This document shows positions 8,435 through 14,697 of a DNA stretch of 14,697 nucleotides, one piece after another (position 1 is the first letter of the stretch; each line of letters starts with the position of its first letter). The DNA is from Octopus sinensis. Lineage: Eukaryota. The notes beneath the pieces are model-generated. The model ran no database searches. It was not told where the DNA came from and worked only from the letters and a program-made list of their open reading frames with translations. The position numbers were made by a program, and so were the translations under genes. Location of the stretch: NCBI RefSeq assembly GCF_006345805.1, contig NW_021825708.1, positions 1-14,697 on the forward strand. Direction: 5' to 3'.

Positions 8435-8438
<4 letters not shown>

Positions 8439-8700
8439 TTCGGTTCTCATTGTGCTTTGTGGCACTTGAGGAGCCAACAAGATCATCCCACCTTTTAACA
8501 CCGAGAGCGTCCTTGATAGCTTGTTCCATTGTTAGCCCTCTGCTTTTAAGATCTTATGCTTTTTGTCCTCCGCCACGTTTCCTTTGGTCGGCCACCTCTT
8601 CTTTTACTTCGTGGAACCCATCGCAAAGCGATCCTTACAAATGAGTTCGGTTTATAGCGACAAGAGGAAGGTGAGATGTGCACGAGGAATGTTTGAAGGC
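8435..8700 (-). mobile_element. Decayed RTE-clade LINE 3' end
   Basis: - strand translation RIALRWVPRSKRRGGRPKETWRRT/KDLKSRGLTMEQAIKDALGVKRWDDLVGSSSATKHNEN matches the RTE C-terminal motif (AL.W.P.GKR.RGRP.TW...) with a frameshift. The left (5') boundary is uncertain. Confidence 0.8.
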
Positions 8701-8786
8701 GCTTGTGAGAGATGCAGCATTGATGATGAATGAAGCCAGCTCATATATATATATATATAATATATATATATATATATAATATATAT

Positions 8787-9059
8787 ATATTGTTATATTT
8801 CGGAATGGTCATATTGCCAGTTTAGCCAATAAAAACACACGCACTATATATTTGGTGTTATTTTGCTTCAATGTTATTTATTTTTTACATTAATCTTAAT
8901 CTTATTTCGGCCAGATTTCTTTCGTCACACTCTGGCCGAAATAAATTAAGATTAATGTAAAAAAATAAATAACACTGAAGCAAAATAACACCAAATATAT
9001 AGTGCGTGTGTTTTTATTGACTAAACTAGCAAAATGACCATTCCGAAATATAACAATAT
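8787..9059. mobile_element. Foldback/MITE-like long palindrome (129-bp arms, 15-nt spacer)
   Basis: 8787-8915 is the reverse complement of 8931-9059 with about 6 differences counted by eye. The spacer is tttctttcgtcacac. It abuts a (TA)n array on the left. Confidence 0.85.
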
Positions 9060-9125
9060 TTGTTTCAACACACGACTTCACATAAAAAATCTTGCACAAA
9101 AAATATTTAAACGTATATATATATA

Positions 9126-9542
9126 TACTCTTTCTCTCTTTTTTACTCTTTTACTTGTTTCAGTCATTTGACTGCGGCCATGCTGGAGCACCGCCTTCTA
9201 GTCGAGTAAATCGACCCCGGGGCTTATTCTTTTCCAAGCCCAGTACTTATTCTATCAGTTTCTTTTGCCGAACGGGAACATAAACACACCAGCATCGGTT
9301 GTCAAGCAATGGTGGGGGGACAAACACAGACACACAAACATACACATACATATATATATATATATATAATATACATATATACGACAGACTTCTTTCAGTT
9401 TCCGTCTACCAAATCCACTCACAAGGCTTTGGTCGGCCCGAGGCTATAGTAGAAGACACTTGCCCAAGGTGCCACGCAGTGGGAATGAACCCGGAACCAT
9501 GTGGTTGGTAAGCAAGCTACTTACCACACAGCCACTCCTGCA

Positions 9543-9545
<3 letters not shown>
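9126..9545 (-). mobile_element. Second full-length CORE-like tRNA-derived SINE, inserted in (TA)n
   Basis: Same architecture as 534-965, with an 11-nt internal deletion (cgctaagtgac). TA runs flank both ends. Confidence 0.9.
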
Positions 9546-9596
<51 letters not shown>

Positions 9597-9620
9597 ATAT
9601 ATATATAGTAAAATATATAT

Positions 9621-9869
9621 ATTTGTAAAAGCGATACACGCTACATAGATACATAAATACATAAATAAATATATATATACATAAATATATAGATAAATAC
9701 ATACATACATACATACATACATACATACATACATACATAAATACGCACACACACATAGGTGTGTATATATGTATTTATGTATGTATGTATGTATTTATGT
9801 ATATATTTATGTATATATATATTTTTTATGTATTTATGTATCTATGTAGCGTGTATCACTTTTACAAAT
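9621..9869. repeat. Second inverted repeat, with unique termini and microsatellite-like inner arms
   Basis: atttgtaaaagcgatacacgctacatagatacataaatacata... (from 9621) mirrors ...tatgtatttatgtatctatgtagcgtgtatcacttttacaaat (to 9869). The inner (TACA)n/(TATG)n tracts differ in length. Confidence 0.8.
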
Positions 9870-10213
9870 GGCGGAATATTTTACTGCAAGAGATCGCAAC
9901 AAGGAAACAACGAATCTCTCGTTGCACAACATACGTTCGATCTAATCTGGTTCAAATATCAATCAGTCGTACTCGAGACAGGTACTCTTGAGCTAAACTG
10001 GAAGGAAATTATTTTTAAAATCGTTTTAACCAGTTTTGAAACAATCACAGATACAATCCACAGCTATTTCATTTTAATCGCAATCGGATGTTACCGGATA
10101 CAGACGAGAGAGAACGAGAGTTGTCGAATGTAAAATCTCGCGGAAATAAGCAAATGGACCTTTCGCCTCTTAAATTTAATGGAACACGGTTTATATAAGA
10201 CGATGTCTGCTAT

Positions 10214-10303
10214 TTGTGTTTGTGTGTGTATGTGTGTGTGTTTGTGTGTGTGTGTGTGTATTTAGACACTACTACTACCACCACGACCACAACCACCACC
10301 ACC

Positions 10304-10346
<43 letters not shown>

Positions 10347-10529
10347 TACTACTACTACTACTACTACTACTACACTACTACTACTACTACTGCTAGACGA
10401 CCACCACTGCTACTGCTTCTGTTACTACTAGCACCAAAACCACCACCACTGCTACTACTACTAGTACAACAACTACTACTACTACTACTAATACAACTAT
10501 TACAACCACCATCATCACACTGCTACTAT

Positions 10530-10566
<37 letters not shown>

Positions 10567-10790
10567 GCTACTGCTGTTGCTGCTGTTACTGCTACTGCTA
10601 CTGCTACTACTACTACTACTACTACTACTACTAGACGACCACCACTGCTACTACTACTAGTACAAATACCACTACTAATACAACTACTACCACAACCATC
10701 ACCACCTACACACCTACTACTACTGCTGCTACTACTACTACTACTAACAACAACAACACCACTGCAATCACCAATAATAATAATAATGGT
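10214..10790. repeat. (TG)n followed by a compound (CTA/CCA/CTG)n array with an internal ~240-bp duplication
   Basis: The marker ctagacgaccaccactgctact occurs at 10393 and 10631. Confidence 0.85.
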
Positions 10791-11369
10791 GGTATTTGTA
10801 GTTATAATTGTATGACTAATGGCGATGAATAAACAATAACGACGTCGAACAGTGATAATGTCTGTCTTGTAATAGTGTGTGTGTGTGTCTGTGTGTGTGC
10901 GTGCGTGTGTGTGTGTGTTTTTGAAGCGTCTGTCTGTGTGTGCGCATGCGCGAGTGTTTGACAGTGTGTGAATAAGTTACAAACATTTTTGTTTGTGAAT
11001 AGATTACAGTTGTTAAAAATTAAGATTGGAAAAGTAATTATGTTTATTGAAATTACATTGGTTTCAATTTAGTTTTCAGATTGATGTCTATTCATCCTTA
11101 ATGAAATAATTCTGATGTTTCCAGCTCTCCACTGGCACACGGTTCCAACACAATGAATCGTTCGTTCATTATAATACACGGTTTGAATTTCAAGCCCCGA
11201 CAGTTGCGGCTTTCATGCTTTGTATACTTGTTTTTTGTTTGTTTGTTTGTCTTCGTTTTTATTCTATTTTTTTTTCTGTTCTCTGTTTGTTTGTTTGTGT
11301 GTTTTGTACGTTTCGTTTCTATATTTTTTCGTTTAGTTTTCATTCTTTTTCTACTTTTCTTTTATTACA

Positions 11370-11390
11370 GAGAGAGAGAGAGATACAGAT

Positions 11391-11423
<33 letters not shown>

Positions 11424-11428
11424 GGAGA
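11370..11428. repeat. (GA)n microsatellite
   Basis: Read directly. Confidence 0.9.
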
Positions 11429-11599
11429 CAAAATGGTTTCTTTTTATTAGCTCGTGAGCGATTTACCACCGTTATCTTTCTTTCTGTTCATAGACATTCG
11501 TTCTCTCAATGGTCTTTCATGCAAAACTTTGCTGTACAAACCTACCGGTGGCTCTACCAATCCAATCCAATTGAAATCACGCACACAAAATACAAATAA

Positions 11600-11640
11600 A
11601 ACAACACAACAACAACAACAACAACAACAACAAACAACAA
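11600..11640. repeat. (CAA)n microsatellite
   Basis: Read directly. Confidence 0.9.
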
Positions 11641-12712
11641 TGCTGCAGGTGGGCACAAAGAAGTTTGAAGCAGAAGAAATTTCGTGGTTGCTCTTGCTGT
11701 TTCGGGGTAGGTCGTATAGGTAGCGCCTTTTGTGGTTTCTTGCGGTCAGTTCTATTCCGCTATTGTAAGCAGCACCTGCAGAGCAGTAAGCCAACCCAGT
11801 GTTCTCCTCCTACCGCCTCCCTGCTGCGTTCTAACGCAGTGCAAGCTATCACAATTTGCGTCAGCTTGGTTTCACACCGACCTCTTCTTATCGCTAGGCC
11901 GGTCAGCCATAAAAACGAATTTGTAACAAACAGCACAGCTTTGATATGCGACAGCAAATCTGAGCTTTTGCTCGTGGGGTGATTGTAGTGATTGTACAAG
12001 GGAGACGTTTTTAGATATACACGATACACCAGGGGCTTGTTTAGTGATAATCTATTGACATCAAACACTATCTTCTGGGTTCTGTTTCTCGTTTGCAATT
12101 CATGTGTTAACTATTTGTTTATGAATGGTAGCGCGTTCATTTGATGGCAAAATCCATCGAAGAAGCTGTGTCGTCTGTTACTGTCAACATTATTGTAGGG
12201 CAACTTTAACTAACCGACATCTTGCGCAATCAACTATCATAATTATCGCTTCAGATAATTAATTCTGCTTTTCTGATCGTTATATTAATTGGTGAGATAA
12301 TCTACTGATATCGCAGTTAATCCTTTAAACTTATCTAAAGCAATCAAAGATATGGATTCAAACGACAGCTTTCTCTTCAACACTAAATTTCTCACGATAT
12401 CCGTTTGCAGACATTTTGTTACCATCATCGAAAACGTTAACAGACAGATGATATTCTTTTTACGTCATTCAATTAAAAAAAAGGAAAAAATAAAAAGATA
12501 GAAAAAAAAAAGGACAAGGAAAAGATAGAATGAAAACGAGAATTTTTGCCTCACAGCCATTCATTACTGAACTAATTCCTCGAACATTCTCGTTCTTTTA
12601 CAATCAAAAGTCAAAGAAACATTAACATATCCATGAAACCAGTTTCCAATTCCTTAAACCTTTCTGCATCATAATAATTTGATTGCCGTCACCTCGGTCC
12701 GTGCCTCTAACG

Positions 12713-12714
<2 letters not shown>

Positions 12715-12797
<83 letters not shown>

Positions 12798-12916
12798 CAC
12801 ACACACACACAAACACACACACATACACACACCACACACACACAAACACATACACACACACACACACACAAACACACATACACACACACAGACACAGACA
12901 CACACACACACACACG

Positions 12917-12969
<53 letters not shown>
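12715..12969. repeat. (CA)n microsatellite with recurring CAAA/CATA variant units
   Basis: Read directly; source of the poly-HT/CV ORFs. Confidence 0.95.
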
Positions 12970-12974
<5 letters not shown>

Positions 12975-13373
12975 TCTTTACTTGATTTTGTATTCTGCTT
13001 TTATTTCCTTCGTTCTAAATTATTTACTCTTTCTAACGAAGTAATTATACCAGGTTTAATTTTTAGCCCCAAACCCCGTAAATGTTAATTAAAATAGTTG
13101 TGCAATTAAACGGTGTTTTACAGACAATTATGTAGGCTCAGCTATTAATTACAGCATATCAATCATTGATCGTAACAACATGGCGGCTGATATCAGATTA
13201 ACAACGAGCGGCAGGTTGATGATGCTGCCATCTGAAGGAATTATATTTTAACTAGTGTAGAAATTACATGTTTATTAAACGTTCTAGGCCAAGTGTCAAA
13301 AGATAAGGAGAAAGAGAGAGAGAGAGAGAAAGAGAAGGCGAGCTAGGGAAAAGAGAAAGAAAAAGAACAAATA

Positions 13374-13452
13374 ACAATGATGATAACGATGATGATGATG
13401 ATGATGATGACGATGGTGATGATGATGATGATGAGGATGAGGATGATGAGGG

Positions 13453-13483
<31 letters not shown>

Positions 13484-13733
13484 GGTGATGATAATGATGA
13501 TGATGATGATAATAATGATGATGATGATGATGGTGGTGACGATGATGATGATGAGGAGGATGAGGATGATGATAACGATGATGATGATGATGATGACGAT
13601 GACGATGATGATGAAGATGATGATGATGATGGTGGTGATGACGATGATGATGACGATGATGATGATGATGGTGATGATGATGATGATGACGATGATGATG
13701 ATGATGGTGATGATGATGATGATGATGATGATA
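13374..13733. repeat. (GAT)n array with GAC/GGT/GAG variants, contiguous with the 3' end of the SINE at 13734-13866
   Basis: Read directly; source of the poly-M/H ORFs. Confidence 0.95.
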
Positions 13734-13866
13734 TGGTTTCAACTTCTGGCTCGAAGCCAGGAGGTCTGGGGAACCGAAGTGTTTAACTGGTACTTTATTC
13801 TATCGACCCCTGGAAGGATAATAGGCAAAGGCGACCACGGCAGAATTTGAACTCAAAACGGAAAGT
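13734..13866 (-). mobile_element. 5'-truncated copy of the third SINE family (homologous to 2041-2236)
   Basis: - strand GAGTTCAAATTCTGCCGTGGTCGCCTTTGCCTATTATCCTTCCAGGGGTCGATAGAATAAAGTACCAG...GAAACCA, followed by (ATC)n. The A box is missing. Confidence 0.85.
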
Positions 13867-13877
13867 CACTACTGACA

Positions 13878-13895
13878 GTACTACTACTACTACTA

Positions 13896-13990
<95 letters not shown>

Positions 13991-13994
13991 TAAT
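13878..13994. repeat. (CTA)n-(TAA)n microsatellite
   Basis: Read directly. Confidence 0.95.
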
Positions 13995-14465
13995 GGTATA
14001 AAAGATGGGCTACAGCAAATATTCTGCCCAATACCACAGATTTGCTTGTCAGTTGTTTGACCTTAACCAGTTGAGCATGTCCCTTGGTGGCTGACGATAT
14101 GTGCATCTCTGATCACGAGCAGAAGTAGTGGGGGAGCATCATACCCATGTGTTGAGAGGGATTATTTGAGGTTTGAATAATTCACCTCTAGAAACATGGG
14201 TGTTTCGTTCAACATCCTTAAACAACCCTTATTCAGGGACATTTTGAGCGGGATGGGTTACTCAACCTGAAGAAAACTCTAACTGGGCCCCACCTGCAAG
14301 GTCATGTGCTGTTTATCTTGATATGAGATCACCATGTCACGCACATATGGTTGTGATGCATGTACCTAGTGTACCCTTATCAGACGGATAGTCATGATGG
14401 GTATACTGGGTTTCGTATATTTGTACCCCTGTCTCACTTTGGTGGCATGAACTGCTCTCTCACTC
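13995..14465 (+). mobile_element. Non-coding retroelement segment (probable LINE 3' UTR or non-autonomous element) embedded in (TAA)n
   Basis: Homologous to 2293-2677. No tRNA head, and all three + frames hit stops early. Bounded by (TAA)n on both sides. Orientation is inferred from the shared ...ctctcact(c)aataataa 3' end. Confidence 0.75.
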
Positions 14466-14537
<72 letters not shown>

Positions 14538-14554
14538 TAATAATAATAATAATG

Positions 14555-14592
<38 letters not shown>
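14466..14592. repeat. (TAA)n microsatellite with TGA variants
   Basis: Read directly. Confidence 0.95.
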
Positions 14593-14593
<1 letters not shown>

Positions 14594-14594
<1 letters not shown>

Positions 14595-14697
14595 TGAATA
14601 AATGGCAAACAGTCCACACCTCCAAACAAAAGAGGGACTCATGAAAACCAAAGACATCCCCATTAGAAGAGGAATATTCCAGGGAGACACGCTCTCT
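14594..14697 (+). mobile_element. 5'-truncated non-LTR retrotransposon reverse transcriptase fragment (R4/Dong-like), runs off the window edge
   Basis: MNKWQTV/HLQTKEGLMKTKDIPIRRGIFQGDTLS. The I.RGIFQGD.LS(P) motif is typical of RLE-type (R4/Dong) RT. One frameshift. It begins immediately after (TAA)n, the known Dong target repeat. Confidence 0.75.

Noticed and set aside
8435-8480. Resemblance between the RTE 3' end and the CORE-SINE tail (gctcc...gccaca...aatga)
   Set aside because: The similarity is too patchy to claim a SINE-LINE partnership without an alignment to consensus sequences.
10941-10951. Perfect NRF1-like TGCGCATGCGC
   Set aside because: It lies within a decaying (TG)n tract, where such motifs arise by chance.
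11125-11225. Possible + strand exon after tgtttccag (LSTGTRFQHNESFVHYNTRFEFQAPTVAAF)
   Set aside because: There is no convincing donor site, the pyrimidine tract is weak, the frame runs into simple repeat, and no domain is recognisable.
11640-12470. Possible protocadherin or other recognisable octopus gene exon
   Set aside because: The frames I translated by hand and the ORF track show frequent stops and no cadherin motifs (DxNDN, LDRE) or other known motifs.
2677-14690. Numerous 60-270 aa ORFs rich in Y/I/H/T/C/V/M/K/E/F homopolymers
   Set aside because: They are translations of di- and trinucleotide microsatellites that lack stops in some frames. There is no domain content or splice context.

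Overview
AT-rich, microsatellite-saturated eukaryotic non-coding DNA, most likely an octopus (cephalopod) genome. That assignment is inferred from recognisable tRNA-derived SINE families and repeat density, not from a search. Almost all listed ORFs are translations of simple repeats or retroelement remnants. Supportable content: at least three tRNA-derived SINE families; two RTE-type LINE 3' remnants, one split by a SINE with a 10-bp target-site duplication; a Penelope-like GIY-YIG remnant; and an R4/Dong-like RT fragment at the right edge. A non-coding element is present twice inside (TAA)n arrays, and one copy carries a 5' inversion. There are also two long foldback palindromes and one weak candidate host exon (- strand, 6332-6628). 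The most notable feature is a ~290-nt hairpin-dense element (8073-8372) containing a minus-strand type I hammerhead ribozyme motif with a palindromic minimal stem III.
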